From Chrysochromulina tobinii (Eukaryota), in the NCBI GenBank assembly GCA_001275005.1, contig JWZX01003017.1:1-42513 (forward strand): a DNA stretch of 42,513 bases, in the 5' to 3' direction. Shown here piece by piece: positions 18,811-28,499 of this stretch (position 1 is its first letter; each line of letters begins with the position of its first letter). Below the pieces are notes generated by a model, which was not told the origin of the DNA, did not search any database, and saw nothing but the letters and a program-made list of their open reading frames with translations. The translations under genes and the position numbers were made by a program.

Positions 18811-21354
18811 ATGCCGTCTGAGCCATCAGAGGCCGGCTCCTTCGAGGAGCCGACGCCCTTTGAAGCGGACGGTTCGTGTATCTACTCGTCCTCCCCGCCC
18901 GACCACGAGGCGGTGCTGCCTCTGCCCTTTTTTCAGAATCAGGTGGCAGGGCACACAGGCGTTTCGAACGAGGGCGGGTCAATCCTGGTGCCCGAGCCAG
19001 GAAAGCTGGCGAAGCCTGTCGGCCACGGGTACTTTGCTGGCGAGGACCACTTCTACCGACAGCTCAAGTCGTACCCGGCGCTCGCCGATTTCTGCCCGGC
19101 TTATTTCGGCACGCGTACCTTCGGCCAGCGTCAGTTTGTGGTGCTCGAGGACCTGACGCACGGCATGGAGCGGCCGCTCGTCGTCGACATCAAGGTGGGC
19201 ACGTGCACTGTCGCGCCCGATGCGGCGTGGACCAAGCGCATCACGCACCTCGCCAAAGACCGCGCGACGACTACGCGCTCGCTCGGGCTTCGGTTGGTCG
19301 GCGCACAGACAGCGCTGCGACGGTACGGCAAGTCATGGGGCAAAGGGCTGCAGCCGGGTGACATGTCTGAGGCGCTCCGCATGTGCTTCTCCGTCGACGG
19401 CCGGTTGTGCGTCTCCGCGCTCAGCGCCTTTGTCCCTCAACTGCAGCGGCTCGCGCAGGTGCTCGTAGACGGGCCGCGATGGCAACTCGTCTCCTCCTCC
19501 ATCCTCTTCGTCTTCCAGGCGGATGAGGATCCGCTCGCGACGGCGCCACGCGGCGACCCACCCATTCCGCCCTGCCCCTCCACGCCCCCGACGTTCAGCC
19601 CATCCGCCACCCTTGCCGATGCGCCGCCGCCACCGCTGCCCATGCCGCCGCCGTCGGCGGCGTCGCCAGCGTCCGCCGCGCCCAAGCCCGCGATGCGTGT
19701 CATCGACTTTGCGCACGCTTACCCACTCCGATGCGCGTGCGACGCTGGCTATCTGTACGGGCTCACCAATCTCATCTACCTGCTCTCCGACTTGCTGCAC
19801 GCCGACCGGCTGCAGCGGCACCCGCCTCTCACGCGCACGCCGACCGATCCAACCAGCGACGCCCCTTCGGAACTCGACGCCTCTACCGGCAAGCTCTCCC
19901 TCCACCCTCCTCCAGCGCTCACGGCGGCGCTCCCCTCGGAAGTGCTCACCCTCCTCAAGGAGCCGTGGGGAAGTAAGCGCCCTCGGGGATGCCACCTACC
20001 TGAGTGCCTCGGAGTTGGATCGGAGTTGGATCGGAGTGCCTCGGAGCTGGATCGCTGCTCGTTGCGACTGAATGTGTTGATTGGCTCCTCCTCAGGTACG
20101 AGCCACCTGGGAGCCCCCCCGTGCGAGTATGCCATCGATCTGCGTCTCAAGCAAGGCGAGGTGGGCTGTCGCTGGCAGACCGTGGACGGGTCGTCGCCAC
20201 CCGAAGCCCTCCGAGCCGCCTCCGCGGATTGGGTGCGAATCCACCCAGATGAGTTTGTCGAAGCCTTCGCGCACTCGCATCTGGGCTGCTGGGGGTCCGA
20301 GTGGCTCGGCTTTCGCGCGGAGCACTCCGTGCTTCCCCAAATGCGCAAGGCAGCCTCGCTCGCTCAGACGTGCAGCGTGCCTGGGTGCAGCGCCGCCGCC
20401 GACGCTCCCGCCGCCGGTGTGGGCGCCGGCGCGGGCGCGGAGGGCGTGGGCGTGGGCCTTCGCATCTGCGCCGATCTCGGGAGATCGGATCTCGGCAGCG
20501 CTCGCGAACCTTCGCTCGAGAGAGTGCTGAGCTCGAGTAAGCTGAGCTCCGATCTCCCTTCCAGAATGTCGAGCGCCGAGGCCTCTCCTACTACGCCTCG
20601 AGGTCCAATGCTGCTGAAGCGCCTCGCCTTTCGGCGGCTGCACACAGTCTACACGCAGCCGCGCGCCCTTTGCCTCCGCATCACCTCCGGACCAGACTCG
20701 CGCGTCGTCCCGGGCGATGTGACGCCTGGCAAGCCGGCGCTGCGCCCGCTGCCCTCGCGCATGCGCGCGCGCGTGGACGTCCTCCTCTGCGGCGAAGTGA
20801 GCGCGGCGTCGTTGGCGCTGCAGGACGCCATGTGTGCACAGCAGCCCTTGAAGCACCCTTTGCCGACCAGCGCAGGAGGGCTCGAGGGCTTTTGTGCGGG
20901 CGACGCCCTCGATAAGGAAGGCGGGCGGGCCGTGGCCGATGCGGTGGCGCAGCTGCTCTCGTGCGTGAGCGCGGAGCACCGCGATTCCCTCCTGAGTTGG
21001 TTCTGTGCCCAAATCGGCGCTCTGATCGAGGCGCTCGCCGATGGCTCGTACTTCCAGTTCGCCGCCGCGTCTCTCTGGTGCATCTGCGAGGCGGGCGGCG
21101 ACGGAGGCATGGGGTTGCTCGCGGAGGCGGAGGGTGGCACAGGCTCGGGCATTCCGACGGGCAAGACGAAGCCTCCGGCGGGACCGGCGGTGCAACTGTC
21201 GCACTTCGCGGATATGTCGATGCATCGCGACGCTGGCTGCCATCCGGGCTTCTCCTCCGCCCTCTCCGCCATCCACACGAGCCTGCGCAGTCTCGGAGCC
21301 TCGGTGCGCGGCGCGGCCGACGGCGAGGGGCCCTTCGAGATGAGTGGGCTCTGA
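18811..21354 (+). CDS. Inositol polyphosphate kinase (IPK/IPMK/IP6K family)
   Basis: QVAGH, CPAYFG, VLEDLT, PLVVDIKVG (PxxxDxKxG), TTTRSLGLRLVG, SSILF (SSLL), VIDFAH, DAGYLYGLTNL. Likely ATG at 18811. Confidence 0.9.
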   Translation: MPSEPSEAGSFEEPTPFEADGSCIYSSSPPDHEAVLPLPFFQNQVAGHTGVSNEGGSILVPEPGKLAKPVGHGYFAGEDHFYRQLKSYPALADFCPAYFGTRTFGQRQFVVLEDLTHGMERPLVVDIKVGTCTVAPDAAWTKRITHLAKDRATTTRSLGLRLVGAQTALRRYGKSWGKGLQPGDMSEALRMCFSVDGRLCVSALSAFVPQLQRLAQVLVDGPRWQLVSSSILFVFQADEDPLATAPRGDPPIPPCPSTPPTFSPSATLADAPPPPLPMPPPSAASPASAAPKPAMRVIDFAHAYPLRCACDAGYLYGLTNLIYLLSDLLHADRLQRHPPLTRTPTDPTSDAPSELDASTGKLSLHPPPALTAALPSEVLTLLKEPWGSKRPRGCHLPECLGVGSELDRSASELDRCSLRLNVLIGSSSGTSHLGAPPCEYAIDLRLKQGEVGCRWQTVDGSSPPEALRAASADWVRIHPDEFVEAFAHSHLGCWGSEWLGFRAEHSVLPQMRKAASLAQTCSVPGCSAAADAPAAGVGAGAGAEGVGVGLRICADLGRSDLGSAREPSLERVLSSSKLSSDLPSRMSSAEASPTTPRGPMLLKRLAFRRLHTVYTQPRALCLRITSGPDSRVVPGDVTPGKPALRPLPSRMRARVDVLLCGEVSAASLALQDAMCAQQPLKHPLPTSAGGLEGFCAGDALDKEGGRAVADAVAQLLSCVSAEHRDSLLSWFCAQIGALIEALADGSYFQFAAASLWCICEAGGDGGMGLLAEAEGGTGSGIPTGKTKPPAGPAVQLSHFADMSMHRDAGCHPGFSSALSAIHTSLRSLGASVRGAADGEGPFEMSGL

Positions 21355-21952
21355 GGCGTGCTCGCGACGGCGCCTCCTCGTTCGAGATGATTGGGATCTC
21401 AGATGTACATTTAAGTGCCTCGGCCGGCAACGGCTGATGGACTGCGTGCGATCTCAGAGAATGACATACCCAGGATAATGATCCACTTCCTACTCGAGTA
21501 CACAGAAGAATGACATGCATCGTACCAAATGTGGAATGATGGTGCACCGCCTAACGTGACTGCAAGGTTAGGCTGGTGGGAAGGCGCTACAGACAGTACA
21601 CACTTCATACCAGAGTGTGGCATCATAGGCAGTGGGCAAAGTGACTGTGCACAACCAGAATGCATCGGTCCGCCCCTGCGCGTTCGGAGTAGCACATGCT
21701 GGCATGAGCGTCATGACGTTGTGCGTCTCTCAATGATGGTCCATATAGAGTTCAGTGTTGGCATGGACTGGCGCATAACGTTGAACGATCGTGATGCCTC
21801 GACGTGATGTTCAGCGCACGGTCGCTCCCGAGTCCCGAGACCCGACGGTGCGGTGCACGGTCGAGGCCCGGTGCCGGTCCCGGGTGGCACGGGAGATGAT
21901 GTCAGATGAAGTGAACCAATTTAAATTCGGCTCAACTTGACGTCCCTGGCAC

Positions 21953-21997
21953 AGTGAGTGAGTGAGTGATGAGCTCACTCACTCACTCACTCACTCA
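21953..21997. repeat. Inverted (AGTG)n/(CACT)n microsatellite forming a near-perfect palindrome
   Basis: agtgagtgagtgagtga-tgagctca-ctcactcactcactcactca. Confidence 0.9.
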
Positions 21998-22081
21998 GGG
22001 TTCACATTCACAGCCAATGTTTAAAACTCGACACCCAAGACACCGGACCGACCGGCACACTCCATCTCTGCACGCGCCAGC

Positions 22082-25000
22082 ATGCTCGAGGGATCGTGTC
22101 GGATCCCCAACACTGCCTTACCGTCGTACGCAGTCTACCCTGGGCTGCGCCTTTATGCGGATCCGAGTGTGCGCCTTGGTGTTCGCCTCAACGGCACATT
22201 TGGCAGTGTCGATGGCGACGATGCGCACTGCCGCCGCGTGTGCGAAGCGGTACCCGGCTGCAATGCTGTGACACGCTCGTCTGGTAAGCCATGCCTGCTC
22301 CACGACGTGTGCATCCGCCCGCCTGCGAACGGGCCGCTGCCCGAGTTCCCCGCTCCCGGGGTGGCCACGCAGTGCGAGGCCGGCGCCATCACGATGCTGA
22401 CGCGCAAGGAATGCCGGGCGCGCCCGACGTGGTATAAGCTCACGTACCGGCTGCCCATCGAGGGCGACATGCTCGGCACCATTGCCGTAGAGTCGCCCGA
22501 ACGCTGCCGCGAGGTCTGCGACAAGGTGCCCGGCTGCAACTCTTTCGCGCACCAGGTCATGGATCTGGACTTCGAGGCACGTACGCCGGGCTTCTCGGCG
22601 CGCTGTTACCTCAAGGGGCGATGCGCGCAGCCGACGAGCCCTGAGACGCGCCTCGATGTAGACCCCACCAAAGCTGGGCAGCTGTCCCGGCTGCGTGGCC
22701 GCTTCGTGTCGCACTACAAATGGCCTTGCACCGATGAAACGGTCTTATATCCGTTGCCGGGGCTTCGGCGCAGCTTGCCGCCCGACGAACCCTCCGGTCT
22801 CGTCTCCCTCGACTGTAAGCCCGGGGCACCGAGCGCTGCCAAGGGTGGCTTCATCACCACCGGAAACGCATTGCCCGCCGAACGCGTCCGCGGCTTTTGC
22901 GACTCCTATCGCGTGCCGCAGCCGACGGTCACTGAGATCCGGTACCCTTCGTTCTATCAACCCCCCCCTCAAGAGGTCATCAAGATGGGACAGCGCGCTG
23001 CATGGCAAGGGCGCGACGTCTATGCGCCGCTGTCACCGGCAGAGCTTCAGCAGCTCGAGGGCCTGCGCCCGGGCGGCCCGCCGGCGGCGTTGCGCGAGGA
23101 GGAGCGCTCGATACGGCGCCTCTTCGAGCTCGTGGCAGCGGAGGTGGCCGCCAAATCGTTCAACGGAAAGGAGGTCATCTTGCTGACGAGTAACACCGAG
23201 GGGCTACCGCTCTCGATCAACCTGATCGCCAACCTCGCGCAGTTTGGGCACCATCACACGCTGATGCTTGCTTCCCACGCCAACGGCGCCGAGGTGTGCG
23301 GCCATCTCATCGCGGCTGCGCCCCCCCCATGTGTCTGGTCATCCCTTCTGACCGAATACCGGAACGGTCTCAAGGGTTACGTCAATACCCCAGTGTGGGC
23401 TCTCTGGCTGCAGCGCTACTGCTACATGCAGCGGCTCGTGCTCTCTGGGTACAACACGCTGCTCCTCGACACCGACGTCATCCTCTTCCATGACCCGTAT
23501 CCATTCTTCAAGGGGCTGCTGGCCAACTACAGCGCGTTCGTCCTTGGCGACTCGTCCGCCGGCTTCGCAGCGGTCAACGGCGGCATCTACTACCTGCAGA
23601 ACGCGCACGTGAATGGGCCCGTCGTGCACATCTTCTCCGAGTTTGAGCGGCGCATCCGCGCCACGCTGGGCGCGGTCGACGATACGACTTTGAAGGAAGG
23701 TCGCCCCGCCTTTCTCTGCCGAATCACGTGGCCTTTGAGCGCGAAGCCAATCAAGTCGGACGCAGCCCTTCTCACCGAGAAGGCCGAGAAGCGGGCGAGA
23801 CGAGGCGCGACAGGCTTGGCCACTTCGGGCGAGACGCCGGGCAGGCGACTCTCTGACGGCGAAGCGCGCCGTGCAAAACTCGCCCTGCGGAACTCCGCAC
23901 GAGGCGCAGCTGGCGGCGGCCGCGGCGGTGGCGGTGGCCGCCGCTCATATCACGCCACCGCCGCTGCTACCGGGCCCGTCGATCATGGTGGCACCCCCTC
24001 GAACCGCCAGCCCTTAGCCGGGGCAGCCGCTTCACGCCGCTCGTACCGATGGGCAGCCGTGGGCCAGGAGCGCTTGATTTGCTACGACCGGCGTGCCGGC
24101 CACAAGCAAGGATGGCCTGCGGATGTGCTGCTGTACGATCAGAGCGTGATCAACAACGTGCTCCTCTCCGAGCTCGTCGGCCACGAGGCGCACATGCTCA
24201 CGAGCACGCACCTCGACCTTGACCCGCAGGAGTCCAATAAGTACCAGTTTTGGGAGGTGCCGGAGCTTGAGTGGGCCACGCCACGTGGCCTTGGCACGTA
24301 TGGGCAGTCCTATCCGTCGCGGTACGCGCGGCGCGAGCGCACGCTCGTGCGCACCACGGGCGATGAGAGGGTGGCCGAGACGATCATGATGGCCCCACCG
24401 TGGCTCTTCTCTGCGGAGTCGGACTCGCGTGTGCCCCCCGTCTCCGCCGACGCAGCCGGAGCCCTACCGCCAAACTTCGCGCCCGGCCACCTGGCACCTG
24501 GCACCTCTCACCTGGCGCCTGTGCGTCCGAGAAGGTCGACAGGCCCCGTGCCCACGGAGACGCGCCCGGTGCCCTTGCCGCGCGGCATTGCAAGAAGCCA
24601 GGGCATCTATCCCGGCCGGCCAGCGGCGCGCGTGTGGGCGCAAAACCCGCCTCCTTCGACCCTGGTCCATTTTGTGTGCGCTGCGTGGCCAGGCTCGGGC
24701 GGGCGCATCATGGCGATGGAGTTATGGGGCAAGTGGTTTTATGGCGACGTGGACGCGCACCTGGGTACAACCACGCGCCGCCTGCCCTCCAAGAGTCCCT
24801 CCAACAGTGAGCCACCACGCGCCAGCCCGATGGGCTTCGAAGCGCACTCGTGGCTGCGAGTGTGCGGAGTCGCGTGCGTCGTGGGCCGCTGCAACAACCT
24901 TGGCAGCAAGCGCAGCAAACTCCCGCTGTGCTTCAACTGGATGAGCCACCACGGCGACTGGAACGCACATCCTCTGCGCGGACTCGCATCCCTGCCTGTG

Positions 25001-25813
25001 CTCGGGCAGAGTGAGTCCGCGCAGAGGCCGGGAGTCGTACCGAGCGCCGGCCGTGCAGCTGCACCGTCACTGCACCGTGCGCTCAAGAAGCTCAAGCGCC
25101 GTGCTGGGAGTGAACGGGAACGCGCAACGGAGGAAGACGGCCGCCGTGCGGAGGAGATGGGCTCGAGCGCTGAGGCTCTCAGGTACAGTGATGCCCGGGC
25201 CGTCCTCACGCCCATCGAGCAGCGCGCCGCAGCGATTGTTGCGTTCGAGCTCAAGTCACCTATACCGGCTGACCTCGCCGCCGCCGCCGATGCCGCCGCT
25301 ACGCTGCACCCGCACGGGCTCGTCGCATTCTCTCGTCCTCTCGCCGCGGCCGATCGGCGCGAGTATCAGGTGTATGCACACATCCTGATGAGCGCCGCAA
25401 TGCTCACGCGACGCAAGCCGGTGTTGCCGCTCGCAGTGTGCGCGCCTTCTGGGGAGTGGTCGGCGTCCTCTCGCTGCATCTACGTGCTGCATGCCGCCAC
25501 GCCGCCGGGTGCGGAGTACTGTGTGCAGCGGCCGCCCTCGATCTGCCACGGCAAGGTGGCCCTCCCTAATGAGCTCGAGGGCGTGCCGGACGCCGAGGTG
25601 GGCACTGTGATTCTTCCGCGGCTCTCACTCCGCAACGGCTCTGTGGATGTGGGCGCGCTCGGGGCGGCGCTTGGTACGCGAGCGCGGGACCGCCGCGTGC
25701 TGCTGCTGGACACGAGCGCGCTTGTTACGGCCGACGACCTAAGCAACCTGCTCGTGACTCCAAAGGGATGGCTGTGCACGCTGGATCACAAGTCGTGCCA
25801 GCATGCTTGCTGA
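22082..25813 (+). CDS. PAN/apple domains + nucleotide-diphospho-sugar transferase (GT77-like)
   Basis: Two PAN-like units (CRRVCEAVPGCNAV; CREVCDKVPGCNSF...CYLK). GT-A motifs GYNTLLLDTDVILFHDPY (DxD), VNGGIYY, DQSVINNVL and LVHFV. The 5' end is uncertain because no signal or anchor sequence is evident. Confidence 0.75.
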   Translation: MLEGSCRIPNTALPSYAVYPGLRLYADPSVRLGVRLNGTFGSVDGDDAHCRRVCEAVPGCNAVTRSSGKPCLLHDVCIRPPANGPLPEFPAPGVATQCEAGAITMLTRKECRARPTWYKLTYRLPIEGDMLGTIAVESPERCREVCDKVPGCNSFAHQVMDLDFEARTPGFSARCYLKGRCAQPTSPETRLDVDPTKAGQLSRLRGRFVSHYKWPCTDETVLYPLPGLRRSLPPDEPSGLVSLDCKPGAPSAAKGGFITTGNALPAERVRGFCDSYRVPQPTVTEIRYPSFYQPPPQEVIKMGQRAAWQGRDVYAPLSPAELQQLEGLRPGGPPAALREEERSIRRLFELVAAEVAAKSFNGKEVILLTSNTEGLPLSINLIANLAQFGHHHTLMLASHANGAEVCGHLIAAAPPPCVWSSLLTEYRNGLKGYVNTPVWALWLQRYCYMQRLVLSGYNTLLLDTDVILFHDPYPFFKGLLANYSAFVLGDSSAGFAAVNGGIYYLQNAHVNGPVVHIFSEFERRIRATLGAVDDTTLKEGRPAFLCRITWPLSAKPIKSDAALLTEKAEKRARRGATGLATSGETPGRRLSDGEARRAKLALRNSARGAAGGGRGGGGGRRSYHATAAATGPVDHGGTPSNRQPLAGAAASRRSYRWAAVGQERLICYDRRAGHKQGWPADVLLYDQSVINNVLLSELVGHEAHMLTSTHLDLDPQESNKYQFWEVPELEWATPRGLGTYGQSYPSRYARRERTLVRTTGDERVAETIMMAPPWLFSAESDSRVPPVSADAAGALPPNFAPGHLAPGTSHLAPVRPRRSTGPVPTETRPVPLPRGIARSQGIYPGRPAARVWAQNPPPSTLVHFVCAAWPGSGGRIMAMELWGKWFYGDVDAHLGTTTRRLPSKSPSNSEPPRASPMGFEAHSWLRVCGVACVVGRCNNLGSKRSKLPLCFNWMSHHGDWNAHPLRGLASLPVLGQSESAQRPGVVPSAGRAAAPSLHRALKKLKRRAGSERERATEEDGRRAEEMGSSAEALRYSDARAVLTPIEQRAAAIVAFELKSPIPADLAAAADAAATLHPHGLVAFSRPLAAADRREYQVYAHILMSAAMLTRRKPVLPLAVCAPSGEWSASSRCIYVLHAATPPGAEYCVQRPPSICHGKVALPNELEGVPDAEVGTVILPRLSLRNGSVDVGALGAALGTRARDRRVLLLDTSALVTADDLSNLLVTPKGWLCTLDHKSCQHAC

Positions 25814-26426
25814 GGACGGGGCTCATTGTTTTCCGATTGAACCGCAACGGCTTTGCGTGTGTAGGTGGAGGTCCTACACGACTCGCCCCGCCACCCTATG
25901 TACGTGCATGTTTGATGTTAGTCGTGTGAGCTGCTCAGCATGCTGCAAAAAGCTGCAATACTCCGGGCGGTCCGGCTCGTGTGTCGTGTGGAACTCGTCA
26001 CGTGCATTCCCGGATATGATATATCCCGCTTCCCGGCGATTTCCCGCTAATTCGCCGCCGTTTTCCCGTAACGTGATGCTGAAAAGTAACGGTCGACCTT
26101 TGGTCGACCCACACACTCACAGACACTGAGCCACGGCCAAACGCACGAGCACAGCGCTACGCAGCTTGACAGCTGCGCGGTCCGGACCTCCGGTCATCTC
26201 CACACGACACAGAGGCGCGGTCTTTCAGTCCACAGTCAGTCCACCGCGGCTGCCCGCTGCAAGGCGCTGCGATGTGCGTCTCGTCACGCCAGTCGCCGCG
26301 GAATCTAAGGTCCTAACCCACTGACGTTGGGGGATGGCCCGGGCGCGTGATCAACGCGCACGAGCCGCACGGCGCCCTCCCCTGCAGCCACGTCGCACAC
26401 GAGGCCGCTCCTGCGGCTCAAATAAC

Positions 26427-28019
26427 TCAAAGCCGGCTCGTCAACGCCGCTCCGTCGCTCAACTCGTCCGACTCGGGCGAGCCATTGTCGAGCAACACCC
26501 ATCCCGCAAGGTAGAGCGAGCCGCAGATGACGATGCGCAGAGGTGGGGCGCGCCCGGCCTGCGGATCGGCCCCCGGCCCCGGCCTGGGGAGGGCGCCGAG
26601 TTGGGCGTCCGGGAGGGGCGCCGAGTTGGGCGCCTTCGGGTCGGCGCCCGGTCCCTTCGGCCTCATCGCGTCGCGACGTGCCAAGATGATTTGGCCAAGG
26701 TGCGTCGCGACGGCGCGTTCGACCGCGGCGAGGGGCGATGGACTCTCGCTCGCCTCGAATCCGACGGCGGCGGCCGCCGCCGCAGTCTCGGCGGCCGTGA
26801 GCGCAAGGGTCGCCTCATTTGGGATGGGTACCGCGAACAGGGTAGCACCAAGCGCCCGCAACGGCGCGAGGAACCCGCGCACATCCTTGGTTCGTAGCAT
26901 GGCGCACACGAATACGGTAGGCTGCCGCTCCGGTCCGTGGCGCGAGAGCGCCGCCGCGAGCGCGACGCCTCCGGCCGGGTTGTGCCCGCCATCCAGCCAG
27001 AGCTCGGCATGCGCGCCCGCGGCGGAGACCAACGGGCCTCGAGTGAGCCGTTGGAGCCGCGCTGGCCACGTGGCGCCCACGACAGCGCCGCGCAGCACGG
27101 CGGGCTGCCCGTGCCCAAGCAGCCGCAGGACCGCGAGGGCTACACCGGCATTCTCGACTTGATGTGAGCCCACGAGCGCCGGCAGCGGCAGCACCTCGTC
27201 GGCTTCAGGCAAGCTGGTGTGCGCTCCGCTGGATGTACGGGCGCCACGACGGGCGCCGAAGGAGCGGAAGTGCAGCCGCCCGTTCTCCTCGCATGCGTTG
27301 GACGCATGCATTCGGAAGTGCAGCCGCCCGTTCTCCTCGCAGGCGTCCCAATGGTCGCCACATACTGACAGCGGGCAGCCGACTGTCGCGGCACGCGCGC
27401 GGATGACGCTGAGCGCGCCCGGCGTCTGAGGCGCCACGACCGCGGGCACACCCGCTCGCAGAATCCCTGCCTTCTCCGCCGCTATCGCCTCAACAGTCGA
27501 GCCCAGGAACTCCTGGTGGTCGAGGCTGACCGCCGTGATGACGCACGCGACCGGTGCGAGGCCAGCGACATTGGTGGCGTCCAGCCGACCCCCCATGCCC
27601 ACCTCGAGCAGCGTGTAGTCGGCGGGCACGCGGCTGAATGCAAGCAGCGCCGCGCACGTTGTCGCCTCGAAAAAGGTGATGCTCTCGTCGCCAATCGCGG
27701 CGAGGACCTCGGCGAGGAGAGTCGCGAGCGTGGGCTCGCCGATGAGGCGGCCGGCAAGGCGGATGCGCTCATGGAAACGCACGAGGTGCGGCGACGTGTA
27801 CACATGCACGCTGCAGCCTGCAGCCTCAAGGCCCGCGCGGATGAATGCGATCGTCGAGCCCTTTCCGTTCGTACCAGCGACGTGAATTACAGGCGGCAGT
27901 CTGCGCTCAGGATGACCGACGCGTGCAAGCAGTGCCTCCAGCCGGTCGAGCGAAAGGTCGATCGCCTTCGGGTGCTTGCGCCGCAGCGCATCGAGGAAAT
28001 CGGCCGAAGATGGAGGCAT
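26427..28019 (-). CDS. folC: Folylpolyglutamate synthase / dihydrofolate synthase
   Basis: IHVAGTNGKGST, YTSPHLVRFHERI, TFFEATT, LEVGMGGRLDATN, LDHQEFLG, IAAEKAGI, WPARLQ, LDGGHNP, CGSLYLAG. Confidence 0.96.
   Translation of the reverse strand: MPPSSADFLDALRRKHPKAIDLSLDRLEALLARVGHPERRLPPVIHVAGTNGKGSTIAFIRAGLEAAGCSVHVYTSPHLVRFHERIRLAGRLIGEPTLATLLAEVLAAIGDESITFFEATTCAALLAFSRVPADYTLLEVGMGGRLDATNVAGLAPVACVITAVSLDHQEFLGSTVEAIAAEKAGILRAGVPAVVAPQTPGALSVIRARAATVGCPLSVCGDHWDACEENGRLHFRMHASNACEENGRLHFRSFGARRGARTSSGAHTSLPEADEVLPLPALVGSHQVENAGVALAVLRLLGHGQPAVLRGAVVGATWPARLQRLTRGPLVSAAGAHAELWLDGGHNPAGGVALAAALSRHGPERQPTVFVCAMLRTKDVRGFLAPLRALGATLFAVPIPNEATLALTAAETAAAAAAVGFEASESPSPLAAVERAVATHLGQIILARRDAMRPKGPGADPKAPNSAPLPDAQLGALPRPGPGADPQAGRAPPLRIVICGSLYLAGWVLLDNGSPESDELSDGAALTSRL
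27267..27341 (-). repeat. In-frame 48-bp-period duplication inside folC (ACEENGRLHFR twice)
   Basis: ggaagtgcagccgcccgttctcctcgca occurs twice, 48 bp apart. Confidence 0.9.
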
Positions 28020-28499
28020 TCCGTTTGTGTGCCGAGATGGGAGACCCTTCGCCGCTCCAGACCGCTGACGCCCTGAGCATGGCTTTCATTCACAGCGCAG
28101 CCCCTCTTTTCTCATTGTGAATGGGGGCTCCCCCGCCGAGCGTGAGATCGTCGAGGTCCGGCGCCGGCGCCGGGCCGACTCCCCTGTGGGGAAAACGGGG
28201 AGGAGTGTTCACAACGTAAAAGTTCCACACCTCGTACTGTCGACGTTGGCACGTTCTGCACGTTCACACTCGCTTCATTACACTTTCATTACACTTGCTT
28301 TCGTACTACTCCAATCCATTCAAACTCGCCAGTTGCAGTTCACAGTATGTTTCAAGATCCACGCACCACGGCGCCGTATCTCGGGATTCGGCCTGTACCC
28401 TTTGGCTTCATCATCCTCGCCGAAAAACAGACAGCTCGCTGCCTCCCACATCCTTAGTAGTCGTAGACCGCATGCCAAGCCGCCGCCCATCCTCCATCC

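Noticed and set aside
22155..22271. Signal-peptide-like alternative frame (MRIRVCALVFAST...)
   Set aside because: The main frame over the same bases encodes a coherent PAN domain, and no splice linking the two frames was found.
26006..26070. E2F-like TTTCCCGC sites
   Set aside because: They lie between two 3' ends rather than in a promoter; better explained as internal repeats of a small element.
26290..26340. tRNA-like A-box on the minus strand (AGTGGGTTAGGAC)
   Set aside because: No T-arm GTTCRA motif and no cloverleaf pairing.
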